NCBI GenBank assembly: GCA_965220965.1
Contig: OZ244852.1
Coordinates: forward strand, 1,056,001-1,120,000
Source of the DNA: Candidatus Marinacidobacterium sp.
GTDB taxonomy: Bacteria; Acidobacteriota; Vicinamibacteria; Marinacidobacterales; Marinacidobacteraceae
Reading direction: 5' to 3'
Length of the DNA: 64,000 nucleotides
Numbering within the stretch: position 1 is the stretch's first letter; every line of letters starts with the position of its first letter. Made by a program: the position numbers and the translations under genes. Positions 1 to 9,369 of this stretch are shown in pieces. Below the pieces are notes generated by a model. That model saw only the letters and a list, made by a program, of their open reading frames with translations, was not told the origin of the DNA and searched no databases.

Positions 1-63
1 GCGGCCTTCGAAGGCTCGTTCGACTACGAGTACGACTGGGCGCTGAACGACACGCGCGAATAG
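1..63 (+). CDS. 3' end of a gene running in from the left edge (partial)
   Basis: Frame 1 reads AAFEGSFDYEYDWALNDTRE-TAG with typical GC3-rich codons; converges on the thiolase. Confidence 0.5.
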   Translation, partial: AAFEGSFDYEYDWALNDTRE

Positions 64-76
64 CGGCGGAACGCCC

Positions 77-1264
77 CTACCAGGCGCCCTCGAACAGCCC
101 CGCCGCGCCCTGGCCGCCGCCCACGCACATCGTCACGACGCCGAGCTCCGCCCGGCGCCGCTTCATCTCGTTGGCCAGCGCGCCGACGAGCCGCGAACCG
201 GTCATCCCGAACGGATGGCCGATGCTGATGGCGCCGCCGTTCACGTTCATCCGGTCGTTCGGGATCCCGAGCCGGTCCCGGCAGTAGACGACCTGAACCG
301 CAAAGGCCTCGTTCAGCTCCCAGAGCGAGATGTCCTCGACCTTCTTTCCGTGGCGCTTCAGGAGCTTCGGAACAGCGAAGACCGGGCCGACGCCCATCTC
401 GTCGGCCTCGCAGCCCGCCGTGACATACCCCCGGAACAGGAGCCGGTACGGGATCCTCAACTGATCGGCCCGCTCGCGTGACATCACGAGCGTCACCGAG
501 GCGCCGTCGGAAAGCTGGGAGGCGTTTCCGGCGGTCACCGAGCCCCGGCCCGACTCCCGATCGAAGTGCGGGGGAAGGGCGGCCAGCCCTTCGAGGGTCG
601 TGTCGGGCCGGTTGCATTCGTCCCCGGCGAGCAGGTGTTCTTCCCGGCCGCCGATCCGTTTCGTCTTCCGGTCGAAGATGCCCCGGGTGACCCGCATCGG
701 AGCGAGTTCCTCCTCGAAGAACCCGGCGCGCTGCGCCGCGGCGGTGCGCTGCTGGCTCTGGAAGGCGTAGCGATCCTGGGCCTCCCGGCTGACGCCGTAG
801 CGCCGGGCCACGACCTCGGCGGTCGCGCCCATCACCTGGTAGACCCCGGGATGGCGCTCGAGGAGCGCCGGGTTCGGAGAGTTGTCGCGCTCCATCATGG
901 TGATGGACTCGACGCCGCCCGCCAGAACCACGTCCTCCCCCTCGACCAGAATCTGATGGGCCGCCATGGCGATCGCCTGGAGGCCCGAGGCGCAGTGCCG
1001 GTTGACCGTGGTCCCTCCCACCGAAGCGGGAAGGCCGGCGAGCAGCGCGGCGACCCGGCCCACGTTGTGGCCGGACGGTCCGTGGGGCTGGCCGCAGCCC
1101 AGGATCACGTCCCCGACTTCGGCCGGGTCGACCTCCGGGCGCCGCTCGAGCAGCGCCCGGATGCAGTGGGCCGCCTGATCATCGGGGCGGGTGAGATTCA
1201 GCGAGCCGCGAAACGACTTCGCCAGCGGCGTCCGCGCCGAATCCACGATGACCGCTTCGCGCAC
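77..1264 (-). CDS. Acetyl-CoA C-acyltransferase (thiolase)
   Basis: Thiolase motifs NRHCASG, NEAF, GHPFGMTG, CVGGG. Confidence 0.95.
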   Translation of the reverse strand: MREAVIVDSARTPLAKSFRGSLNLTRPDDQAAHCIRALLERRPEVDPAEVGDVILGCGQPHGPSGHNVGRVAALLAGLPASVGGTTVNRHCASGLQAIAMAAHQILVEGEDVVLAGGVESITMMERDNSPNPALLERHPGVYQVMGATAEVVARRYGVSREAQDRYAFQSQQRTAAAQRAGFFEEELAPMRVTRGIFDRKTKRIGGREEHLLAGDECNRPDTTLEGLAALPPHFDRESGRGSVTAGNASQLSDGASVTLVMSRERADQLRIPYRLLFRGYVTAGCEADEMGVGPVFAVPKLLKRHGKKVEDISLWELNEAFAVQVVYCRDRLGIPNDRMNVNGGAISIGHPFGMTGSRLVGALANEMKRRRAELGVVTMCVGGGQGAAGLFEGAW

Positions 1265-1327
1265 GTCGTGGTCTCTCCTCCCGGAACGCGGGGAAGCCTC
1301 GCGGGGACGGTCCGGTCGCCCGATTCC

Positions 1328-2116
1328 CTAGAACGGGATCACGTCGTCTTCGTCCGCGTTGGTGTCCACGCCGCTCGCGCTGTCGTCCCAGTTCTTCCGG
1401 GACTCGAGACGGTCGCGCATGGCGTCCCGCTCCGGCCGGGCGCCGCGATCCCCGGGTTTCCGGCCGCCGCTGCCGGAAACGGTGCGCGGACGCAGTTCGA
1501 GGGTGCGCCGCTCGCGGCCGTCCTGGCCTTGCCACTTCCGGGTGGTCAGCATCCCCTCGGCGAAGACCCGCTCCCCCTTGGAGAGCGCGGTGTGGAGACG
1601 CCGGGCCTGATCCCCGAAGGCCGAGACCTGGAGCCACTCGGTGTGCTCCTGGGAGGCTCCCGTCCGGGAGGTCCACCCCTCGCTCATCGCCATCCGGAAG
1701 TTCAGCACGGTGAAGTTGGGAAACTCCCGCAGTTCCGGGTCGGCGCCCAGGTTCCCGACGAAGACGCCCCGGTTCACCTGGGGGTCCGGGTCCTCGGCTT
1801 CCCGCACGATGTCGGCGACGACGGTGGTCATGTAGTTCTTCTCCCCGTCGCGCTCCCAGCTCCGGGTGCGGAGCTTGCCCTCGACGTACACCGGATGATC
1901 GGGGGCGAGGCGCTCGGCGATCTCGCCGAACTTGTCCCCCCAGACATCCACCCGGTGCCAGGCCGGCCGCTCGCGCAGCGCTCCTTCATCGTCGCTCTCC
2001 ATGGTCACGGTCTTGACGGTGAGGTTCACGAGCTTGCGCGTCCCGTCGCCGACCATCCTCGACTGCGGGGCGTCCGAAACCACGCCTCGCAGAATGACCT
2101 TGTTCACATCCCGCAT
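1328..2116 (-). CDS. ssb: Single-stranded DNA-binding protein with two tandem OB folds
   Basis: Two SSB-like units (VNKVILRG...WHRV...VYVEGKLRTRSWE and VNRGVFVGNLGADPELR...TEW...VFAEGMLTTRKWQ) plus acidic tail DEDDVIPF. Confidence 0.9.
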   Translation of the reverse strand: MRDVNKVILRGVVSDAPQSRMVGDGTRKLVNLTVKTVTMESDDEGALRERPAWHRVDVWGDKFGEIAERLAPDHPVYVEGKLRTRSWERDGEKNYMTTVVADIVREAEDPDPQVNRGVFVGNLGADPELREFPNFTVLNFRMAMSEGWTSRTGASQEHTEWLQVSAFGDQARRLHTALSKGERVFAEGMLTTRKWQGQDGRERRTLELRPRTVSGSGGRKPGDRGARPERDAMRDRLESRKNWDDSASGVDTNADEDDVIPF

Positions 2117-2153
2117 CTCAGGGACTCCTTCCGGTCAGACATCGACCGGATCG

Positions 2154-3047
2154 TTAGGCGCCGGGTTCCGGGGGCCCCATGGCGTCCAGCTCCCGCTGGG
2201 CGGCCAACGCGGCCGGGGTCCCGGCATACACATCCACAATGTCCTCAAAGATCTCTCTGGCGTCGGACTCGTGCCCGAGCCGACGCAGGATGACGCCCCG
2301 CTTGACCCACGCATCACCGATGCGCTGGCTGTCGGGGAAATCCCGGATGACCATCTCGAACTGGTCGAGCGCGGGCTCCAGCTCATCCCGCGCCAGCAGC
2401 GCGTCCCCCAGGAAATAGCGCGCGTCGTCCGCGACCTCGCTCTCGCGCTCGACGACCTGCTGGAAGCCCTGGATCGCCAGCTCGTAGCGGCCCTGCAGGT
2501 AATCCGCCTGGGCCTGCATGTAGATCTCCACGATGGAGGGGCCGTCCAGGACTTCCACGCCGCCCGAATCCGCCTCGTCTCCGCCTTCGGGGTCGGGGCC
2601 CTCATCGGGCGCCGCGTCCTCCGCGCCTTCCCCGGCGTCCGCGGCCGTCGCGTCCTCACCCTCGTCTTCCGCCGGAGCGGAGGCGAACGCGGCCGCCCGC
2701 TGGGCCTCCCGCACCGACGCCACCTCGGCCGTCAGGCCGGAAAGCCGCTCGTTCATCTCGACGAGCGCGGCGCCCAGCGCGGCGACGTCCCGCTCCATCC
2801 GCACGACCGAGTCCTGGGTGTCGGCCCGGCTCCGCCGGTCCGCGGCGGACTCCGACTCGCGGGCGTCGAGGAAAGTCTCGAGCGCCGAGGTGAGCGTCGC
2901 CTGCGCCTCCGTCAGCGTGGCGAGCTGCGCCTGGATCTGGCGGATTTCCGCGAGCAGCCGGTCCTGGTTCCGCTGGGCGCCTTCGCTCCCCGCTCCCGGA
3001 AGGAGCGCGAAACCGGCCAGCGCCAGCGCCGCGCGACGGAGTCTCAT
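2154..3047 (-). CDS. cpoB: Tol-Pal associated TPR protein CpoB/YbgF
   Basis: Signal peptide MRLRRAALALAGFALL, coiled coil, C-terminal TPRs (Y..A......GRY..AI..F); ATGA overlap with the pal stop. Confidence 0.85.
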   Translation of the reverse strand: MRLRRAALALAGFALLPGAGSEGAQRNQDRLLAEIRQIQAQLATLTEAQATLTSALETFLDARESESAADRRSRADTQDSVVRMERDVAALGAALVEMNERLSGLTAEVASVREAQRAAAFASAPAEDEGEDATAADAGEGAEDAAPDEGPDPEGGDEADSGGVEVLDGPSIVEIYMQAQADYLQGRYELAIQGFQQVVERESEVADDARYFLGDALLARDELEPALDQFEMVIRDFPDSQRIGDAWVKRGVILRRLGHESDAREIFEDIVDVYAGTPAALAAQRELDAMGPPEPGA

Positions 3048-3760
3048 TTCGCGATGATCTCCAGGTGAGCCCGGCGGTTCCGGCGCCACGCCTCCTCGTT
3101 GGACCGGATATCCAGCGGGAACTCCTTGCCGTAGCTGATGATCCGCATGCGGCTCTCCTCGATGCCGAGCCCCCGCAGGTAGTCCCGCGTCGAGCGCGCC
3201 CGTTCCTCTCCGAGAGCCAGGTTGTATTCGACCGTCCCGCGCTCGTCGCAGTGGCCCTCGATGAGAACGCGCACGTCGGGATACCGCGACAGCCATGCGG
3301 CGTTCTCCTGAAGGATCCCGCGCGCCTCCTCGCTGAGGTTGGCGCTGTCGTACCCGAACTGGATATCGCGCAGCACGCCGCTGGCGTTCAGTTCGTCCAG
3401 CGTGACGCCTCCGAGACCGATCACGTCCACCCCGACCTCGTCCTCCGGCGGCAGGGCCCGGATCTCGGCGTCGGTGAGGCCTCCGGCAGCGGACGCGACC
3501 GGCTCGGGCGCCGGCTCGGTCGTCTCCGGCGCCTCCGGCTCGACCAGCGACTCGGCCGGCGCGGCCGCGGTCGCGGGGGTCCGGTCGACGGAGGAACACC
3601 CGGCGAGGAGCATCGGCAGCAGCGCCGCCGCGGCCACCGCGCCCCGGGACGGGCGAAGCGCGCTCTCCGACGCCCGGCCAGCGGGCCTCAACATGTCATG
3701 AGTCGTCATAAGCCGTGAGAGGAACGAAGCGCGGCGGCTGCGGCGGGCCGGGCCCGACAT
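3044..3760 (-). CDS. pal: Peptidoglycan-associated lipoprotein Pal (start uncertain)
   Basis: Lipobox LLAGC; OmpA-like domain F.YDS..L, IEGHCDERGTVEYNLALGEERA, SYGKE, NRRA. Confidence 0.93.
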   Translation of the reverse strand: MSGPARRSRRASFLSRLMTTHDMLRPAGRASESALRPSRGAVAAAALLPMLLAGCSSVDRTPATAAAPAESLVEPEAPETTEPAPEPVASAAGGLTDAEIRALPPEDEVGVDVIGLGGVTLDELNASGVLRDIQFGYDSANLSEEARGILQENAAWLSRYPDVRVLIEGHCDERGTVEYNLALGEERARSTRDYLRGLGIEESRMRIISYGKEFPLDIRSNEEAWRRNRRAHLEIIAK

Positions 3761-5340
3761 CAGCGGTCGCCTCCGGAACCGGTCATGGTCTGCGGCGCGG
3801 GGGGGTTTCCCCATCGGGGAGTGGAGTTGCGTCCCTCGCGGGTCAGTTGCCGCAGGTTCGATCCGTCCCGATGCATCGCGAACACCTGGTCGCCCCCGGT
3901 GCGGTTTGAAGTGAACACCAGATGGAGGCCGTTCGGCGCCCAGGAGGGGCTCTCGTTGCTGCCCCGGCCGGTGGTGAGCTGGCGGGTCTGCCGGGTCTCG
4001 AAGTCGTGGACGACGATGTCGAAGGGGCGCCGCTCGATCCGCGAGGCGTAGGCGATCTCGCTGTTCTGCCGCGAGGGCGACCACGCCGGGGAGTCGTTCC
4101 ACGCGCCTTCGAACGAGACCCGGCGCAGGTTCAGACCGTCCCGGTCCATCACGTAGATCTGCGGAGCTCCGGTCCGGTCCGACGTGAACGCGATGAGCCG
4201 GCCGTTCGGAGACCAGGTGGGCGCCACGTCGATGGCGGGGTTGCTCGTGAGCCGGCGCAGCTCTCCGCCGTCCACCGACGAGAGGTAGATCTCGGACTGC
4301 CCGTCGCGGTTCGAGGTGAACGCGATCCACCGGCCGTCCGGCGACCAGGCCGGGGTGAACGACTGGAAGTCCCCGATGAGCTTCTGTCCCCGGCCCTGGT
4401 AGAGGAAGGCCAGAAAGAGCGCGGGCGCGCCATCGCGGTAGGAGATGTAGGTCAGCGCCCGGCCGTCAGGAGACCAGCTCGGCGTGAGGTTCAGCGAACC
4501 GTTGGCGGTCACCGGGCGCTGGGCGTGACCGTCGTAGTCCATCAGGTAGATCTCCTTGCCGGGAGTCCGCCCGCGCCGCCCTTCGCGGCTCGAGGAGAAC
4601 GCGATCCGGGTGCGCGCCACGCCGCGGTAGTTCCCCGCCTGGAGCAGGATGTCGTCGGCGATGCGGTGCGCCAGGCTGCGCCGGGCGTCGGCGTCCACCG
4701 TGTAGCGCCGGGCGAAGACGTTCTCCTGCGCCCGCACCGCATGGAGGCGCACCTCCACGACCAGCCGCTCGCCGTCCCGGCGGACCGATCCGTCGACGAG
4801 GATGTCGGCGCCAACGGACTCCCACTGGTAGTAGTCGAGCACGCCCTCCCCCGAGCCCTCCCTGGCGATCCGGTAGAACCTCCGGGGGAGCATCCGGTAG
4901 ACCCCGGCGTAGGCGATGTCGTCCCAGAGCACGTTGCTGATCTCGGCGGCTTCGGCCTCCGGAAGAGCGCCCGCGAGGTCGTCCGGCGAGCCCTCGGGGC
5001 GTTCCCCGGCGGCGCCGGCGTCCGCGCCGCCCGGGCCCGCCTCCCCGGCGGCGCCGTTCCCGGCCTCCGCCGGCTCGACGAGGAACTCGGGGATCGCGAT
5101 GCGCACCGGCGCTCCGGGGCGGGTGATGTCGAGGTACCAGTCTCCGGTCGCCCCGGTTTGCCCGGCGGCCTCCGCGCCGGACTCGGGGAGCGGCGCGAGG
5201 GGCAAGGGGCCCAGCGTCCCGGCCAGCCCGACCGCCAGCCCGCTGCCGGCGAGCGAGAGCGCGAGCCGCGCGCCGAGGAGGCGGGCGATTCCGCCGCGCC
5301 GCCGTGGGGGCCCCGCCGCGCGGGCTTCGCGAGACTTCAT
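3760..5340 (-). CDS. tolB: TolB beta-propeller protein
   Basis: TolB N-domain (AHRIADDI...TRIAF) and repeated PxWSPDG (PD40) blades; directly upstream of pal. Confidence 0.93.
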   Translation of the reverse strand: MKSREARAAGPPRRRGGIARLLGARLALSLAGSGLAVGLAGTLGPLPLAPLPESGAEAAGQTGATGDWYLDITRPGAPVRIAIPEFLVEPAEAGNGAAGEAGPGGADAGAAGERPEGSPDDLAGALPEAEAAEISNVLWDDIAYAGVYRMLPRRFYRIAREGSGEGVLDYYQWESVGADILVDGSVRRDGERLVVEVRLHAVRAQENVFARRYTVDADARRSLAHRIADDILLQAGNYRGVARTRIAFSSSREGRRGRTPGKEIYLMDYDGHAQRPVTANGSLNLTPSWSPDGRALTYISYRDGAPALFLAFLYQGRGQKLIGDFQSFTPAWSPDGRWIAFTSNRDGQSEIYLSSVDGGELRRLTSNPAIDVAPTWSPNGRLIAFTSDRTGAPQIYVMDRDGLNLRRVSFEGAWNDSPAWSPSRQNSEIAYASRIERRPFDIVVHDFETRQTRQLTTGRGSNESPSWAPNGLHLVFTSNRTGGDQVFAMHRDGSNLRQLTREGRNSTPRWGNPPAPQTMTGSGGDR

Positions 5341-6263
5341 GACGCGGTCGCCGAGCCGCCAACGCCCTCGGCGTCGTCCGGGCCTCCGGTGGCCTGGCCG
5401 CTGTAGGTGAACAGCAGGTGGACCCCGACGCGGTCGCGCGGATAGCTCTCCGGAAGGGGAGGCAGGGGGGCCGCCAGTTGAACCGCCCGCAGCGCGGCCC
5501 GGTCGAGGAGCGACTGGCCGCTCGAGGTCTCCACCTCGGCGTCCAGCACCTCGCCCTGGGCGAGGATCGTGAAGCGGATCACCACCTTCGCCTCCCCGCG
5601 CACCGGAATCTGCTGCCAGTTCGCCTGGATCCGGGCGATCATCTGGCGCTGGTAGTAGGCGTACTCGAAGTCCTGGTCGAAGCCTCCGCCGGCGACGCCG
5701 CCCAGCCCGATGCCCCCGGCGCCCCGGTTTGCGGCCTGCGGCGCCGGGGCGGCGGCGGGACGGGTCGGCCTCGATGTGGTGTCGATGGGTCGCCGGGACT
5801 CCAGGCGGGCGGAGTCGGCCCAGGCCGCGTCCCGGCCGCGCAGACCGGAGTCGGGACGCTGCGGCCTCTCCCGCCGGCGCTCGCGCGCGTCGGGTTCCGG
5901 CATCCGGTCGCGATTCTCGGTCGTGGGACGAACGACTTCGGGGCGGGATTCCACCGGAGGAGGCGCAACCGGCTCCGGCTCGGGGGGAGGCGGCGCGGGT
6001 TCCGGTTCGGGTTCGGGCTCCGGTTCCGGCTCGGGTTCGGGCTCCGGTTCCGGCTCGGGCGGGGCGGGGGACGCGGGGGCCCCGAGGCCCGGCGTGGGCG
6101 CGGGTCCCGACATACCGAGCTCGATGAAGGCCGCGGAGGGCGCCGGGAGCCCGGCGCCGCCGAAGTTCATGCCGACCAGCGCCACCGACAGGGCGCCGAT
6201 GTGGATGGTCGCCGACCAGAACACGGTGCGCCCGAAGGACGCGGGGGTCGGGGAAGGGCGCAT
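5337..6263 (-). CDS. tolA: TolA/TonB-family energy transducer (alternative start 6311)
   Basis: TM helix with SxxxH (WSATIH), Pro-rich (EP)n linker, TonB_C-like end (SSGQSLLDRAALRAV..AAPLPPLP); lies between tolR and tolB. Confidence 0.8.
   Translation of the reverse strand: MRPSPTPASFGRTVFWSATIHIGALSVALVGMNFGGAGLPAPSAAFIELGMSGPAPTPGLGAPASPAPPEPEPEPEPEPEPEPEPEPEPAPPPPEPEPVAPPPVESRPEVVRPTTENRDRMPEPDARERRRERPQRPDSGLRGRDAAWADSARLESRRPIDTTSRPTRPAAAPAPQAANRGAGGIGLGGVAGGGFDQDFEYAYYQRQMIARIQANWQQIPVRGEAKVVIRFTILAQGEVLDAEVETSSGQSLLDRAALRAVQLAAPLPPLPESYPRDRVGVHLLFTYSGQATGGPDDAEGVGGSATAS
5998..6060. repeat. Coding tandem repeat encoding the (EP)n linker of TolA
   Basis: Repeated ttcgggctccggttccggctcggg-type units. 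Confidence 0.8.
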
Positions 6264-6279
6264 CGGACCAGGTTCCGCG

Positions 6280-6771
6280 CTACCTGCTCCCCTGCTCCCC
6301 GGGGTACGCATAAACCAGCCCCACGCGATCGAATCCCGCTCGCTTCATCGAATCGATCACCTCGATGACGCGACCGTATTCTAGCGAGGCGTCCCCCTGC
6401 AGATATCCCTCGCGGGCGCCCTCGAACGCCACCAGTTCCCTCAGCCGCTCCTCGAGCAGGAGGGGGTTCACCGCCCGGTCCCGGACGAACGTCCGGCCCT
6501 CAGCGTCCACGGTGACGATCACCCGTTCCGTCGCTTCCGAAGAGCGCGTCCGGGCGGTGGGGAGGTTCACATCGAGCGACCTCACCAGGAGCGGCGCGGT
6601 CACCATGAAGATGATCAGGAGAACGAGCACCACATCCACGAACGGGGTGACGTTGATCTCGGAGAGCGCGCTCCCGCCGCCCGCTTCGCGCCGGGCCGCC
6701 AGCCGGTCCAGCGCCGATCCCCCGACGCCGCGGCTCCCGCCGCCGCCTCCACCGCCGATCGATGCTCCCAC
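6280..6771 (-). CDS. tolR: TolR/ExbD
   Basis: EINVTPFVDVVLVLLIIFMVTAPL motif. Confidence 0.93.
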   Translation of the reverse strand: MGASIGGGGGGGSRGVGGSALDRLAARREAGGGSALSEINVTPFVDVVLVLLIIFMVTAPLLVRSLDVNLPTARTRSSEATERVIVTVDAEGRTFVRDRAVNPLLLEERLRELVAFEGAREGYLQGDASLEYGRVIEVIDSMKRAGFDRVGLVYAYPGEQGSR

Positions 6772-6775
6772 GTTC

Positions 6776-6959
6776 AGCAGCCTGTTGACGAAGTCACGCG
6801 GCGTTCGAGCGGCGATGCATCCCGCCCGAACCGCACCCCTACGGGGCGCTCATCGTTGCGTGTCACTCGGAATATTGCCGATATTCCTCGCTCACGCGCC
6901 TTGTCGGCCGGGCGCCTCACCGCTCTCGGCGCTGCACGGGACTTCATCAAAAGGCCGCT
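6776..6959 (-). mobile_element. MITE-like fold-back element, copy 1 (184 bp)
   Basis: 20-bp terminal inverted repeats (AGCAGCCTGTTGACGAAGTC / GACTTCATCAAAAGGCCGCT, 17/20); homologous in reverse orientation to 25217-25418; no transposase. Confidence 0.85.
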
Positions 6960-7800
6960 AGCGCACCAGATGCCGCTCGAGAAGCGCCACGTATTCCATC
7001 GAGAACCCGTCCATCGAGTTCCCGATGCCGCGGATGCGGGCGAGGAAGGCGTTGTAGGCGATGACCGCGGGGATCGCGGCGCCGAGACCGGCGGCGGTCG
7101 CGATCAGCGCCTCCGAGACTCCGGGCGCGACCACGCTGATGTTGGCCGCCTGCGTCGCGGCGATGTCCCGGAAGGCGTTCATGATGCCCCAGACCGTGCC
7201 GAAGAGCCCGATGAACGGCGTCGCGCCACCGGTCGTCGCCAGGAACGTCATCCGCTGCTCCAGCCGCGCCATCTCGGTGGAGGAAGCCCGGAGCATGGCG
7301 CGGGCCACCGCCTCCAGATTCGACACCCGCAGGCGGGTCGCTTCCCCGTCGTCGCTGTGCGACTGGTAGATGACCTCGTCGTATCCGGCGCGGAAGACCC
7401 GCACGAGGGGGTTTTCGGGATTCCGGGCCGCGATCTTGCCGATGTCGGCGAGCCGCTCGGCCTTGCGGAAACCGCGCAGGAACTCCGCCGACTCCCGCTC
7501 CGCGCGTCCGAGGACCCGCATTTTGGACAGGATGATCGCCCACGACACGATGCTGAAGAACAGCAGCGTCGCCAGCACGACCCACGCGACCGGACCGGCG
7601 GCGATGATCAGCGCGACGAAGCCTTCGGCGAATATGCCGCCGCCGGTCTCGATCGCAACCGAGGTGACTTCCTCGGCCTGGGGCTGCTGTTGTCCGAGGG
7701 CCGGCGACGCGAAGAGACCGGCGCCCAGGACCCCGGGAACTGCGAGCCGGAGCGGAGCGGAGACCCGACAACGCGTCAGGGTGCGAAGGAGGTGCGCCAC
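6958..7800 (-). CDS. tolQ: TolQ (MotA/TolQ/ExbB proton channel)
   Basis: FLATTGGATPFIGLFGTVWGIMNAF and VAPGVSEALIATAAGLGAAIPAVIAYN; GTG 7800 lies 9 nt after a TACCAT box (alternative start 7839). Confidence 0.93.
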   Translation of the reverse strand: MAHLLRTLTRCRVSAPLRLAVPGVLGAGLFASPALGQQQPQAEEVTSVAIETGGGIFAEGFVALIIAAGPVAWVVLATLLFFSIVSWAIILSKMRVLGRAERESAEFLRGFRKAERLADIGKIAARNPENPLVRVFRAGYDEVIYQSHSDDGEATRLRVSNLEAVARAMLRASSTEMARLEQRMTFLATTGGATPFIGLFGTVWGIMNAFRDIAATQAANISVVAPGVSEALIATAAGLGAAIPAVIAYNAFLARIRGIGNSMDGFSMEYVALLERHLVR

Positions 7801-7857
7801 CTTACAAGAATGGTACCCGGCGCCCCTTCCGCGCGCCACCTCTGCGCGGTCGGACTG

Positions 7858-9369
7858 CTAGCCCCGGATCCAGTCGAAGCTGCGCTCCACCGCGCGCCGC
7901 CAGACGGCGAGGCTCTCCCGGCGATCGGCCGCCCCCATCGCCGGCTCGAAGCGGCGCTCCTCGGCGACCGCCTCGGCGAGCTCGGCCTCCGACTCCCAGA
8001 AGCCGACCGCCAGTCCGGCGGCGATGGCGGCGCCGAGCGCGGTCGTCTCGAGGCAGCGCGGACGAACGACCGGGACACTGAGGACGCCGGCCTGGAAGCC
8101 GAGCAGCAGATCGCTGACCGTCATGCCGCCATCGACCCGAAGTTCTGACACCGCCGCGCCGGCGTCCGCGCGCATCGCCTCGATGACCTCCAGAACCTGG
8201 AACGCGGTGGCCTCGATCGCCGCCCGCGCCAGGTGGCGCCGGTCCGAATGGCGCGTGAGGCCGCAGATCACCCCCCGGGCGTCGCTTCTCCACCAGGGGG
8301 CGAAGAGGCCCGAAAACGCCGGGACGATGACGACGCCGCCTGAATCCTCGACGTCGAGCGCCAGCGCCTCGACCTCCGCGGCCGAGTCCGCGAAGCCGAG
8401 CTGGTCCCGAAGCCACTGGATGAGCGATCCGGCGACCGCCACCGACCCCTCGAGCGCGTAGTCCACCCGCGCTCCGTCCGAAAACGCCACCGTCGTCAGC
8501 AGGCCGGCGTTCGACGCCACCGCCTCGGACCCGGTGTGCATGAGCACGAAAGCGCCGGTCCCGTAGGTGCACTTCGTCTCGCCCGGCTGACGCCGGAGCT
8601 GGCCGAGGAGCGCCGCCTGCTGGTCCCCGATGACGCCGGTGATCGGGACTTCGGCGCCGAAGGGGCCGTCGGCGGTGGTCCGGCCCCAGGCCTCCGGGTG
8701 GGAGGAGGGGGCGGGCTCGGGCAGCATGCGCCGGGGGACCCGCAGGGCCTCGAGCAGCTCGTCGCTCCAGGCGAGCGCGCGGAGGTCGAACATCTGCGTC
8801 CGGCAGGCGTTCGTGTGGTCGGTGCGGTGGACCGCCCCGCCGGTCAGACGCCAGACGAGCCAGCTCTCGACCGTTCCGAACACCGCGCGCCCGGCGCGCG
8901 CCCGGTCCAGGAGGCCGTCCTGGTTCTCGAGGAGCCAGCGGAGCTTGGGGCCGGAGAAGTAGGTGGCGGCGGGAAGTCCGGTTCGCTCCCGGAGCGCCGC
9001 CGCCCCGACATCCCGCTCCAGTTCGGCGGCGAGTCCGGCGGTCCGCGTGTCCTGCCAGACGATCGCCGGCGCGAGCGGCTCGCCGGTCTTCGGGTCCCAG
9101 ACCACCGTGGTCTCCCGCTGGTTCGTGATCCCCACCGCCTCGACCGTGTCTCCGGACACTCCGGCGCTTTGAAGCGCCCCCCCGATGACCTCGAAGACGC
9201 GGTCGCTGATCTCGACGGGATCGTGCTCCACCCAGCCTGGACGCGGAGTGATCTGGCGGTGTTCGCGCTGCGCCGCGCCCCGGACGACGCCCGCGCGGTC
9301 GAAGAGAAGGACCCGACTGCTGGTGGTCCCCTGATCGATCGAGGCGATGAGCCGCTCGCCGCCGCTCAT
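7858..9369 (-). CDS. glpK: Glycerol kinase
   Basis: IDQGTTSSR, GITNQRETT, YFSGPK, GDQQAAL, KCTYGTG, VPAFSGLFAPWW, RVDGG. Confidence 0.96.
   Translation of the reverse strand: MSGGERLIASIDQGTTSSRVLLFDRAGVVRGAAQREHRQITPRPGWVEHDPVEISDRVFEVIGGALQSAGVSGDTVEAVGITNQRETTVVWDPKTGEPLAPAIVWQDTRTAGLAAELERDVGAAALRERTGLPAATYFSGPKLRWLLENQDGLLDRARAGRAVFGTVESWLVWRLTGGAVHRTDHTNACRTQMFDLRALAWSDELLEALRVPRRMLPEPAPSSHPEAWGRTTADGPFGAEVPITGVIGDQQAALLGQLRRQPGETKCTYGTGAFVLMHTGSEAVASNAGLLTTVAFSDGARVDYALEGSVAVAGSLIQWLRDQLGFADSAAEVEALALDVEDSGGVVIVPAFSGLFAPWWRSDARGVICGLTRHSDRRHLARAAIEATAFQVLEVIEAMRADAGAAVSELRVDGGMTVSDLLLGFQAGVLSVPVVRPRCLETTALGAAIAAGLAVGFWESEAELAEAVAEERRFEPAMGAADRRESLAVWRRAVERSFDWIRG

Noticed and set aside
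5998-6060. Tandem repeat as a CRISPR or contingency locus
   Set aside because: In-frame (EP)n linker typical of TolA/TonB; no spacers and no cas genes.
6365-6961. Similar ORF segments across the two repeat copies (also 25215-25937, 24877-25320) as a small protein family
   Set aside because: The similarity is just the shared DNA element; frames are not preserved consistently between copies.
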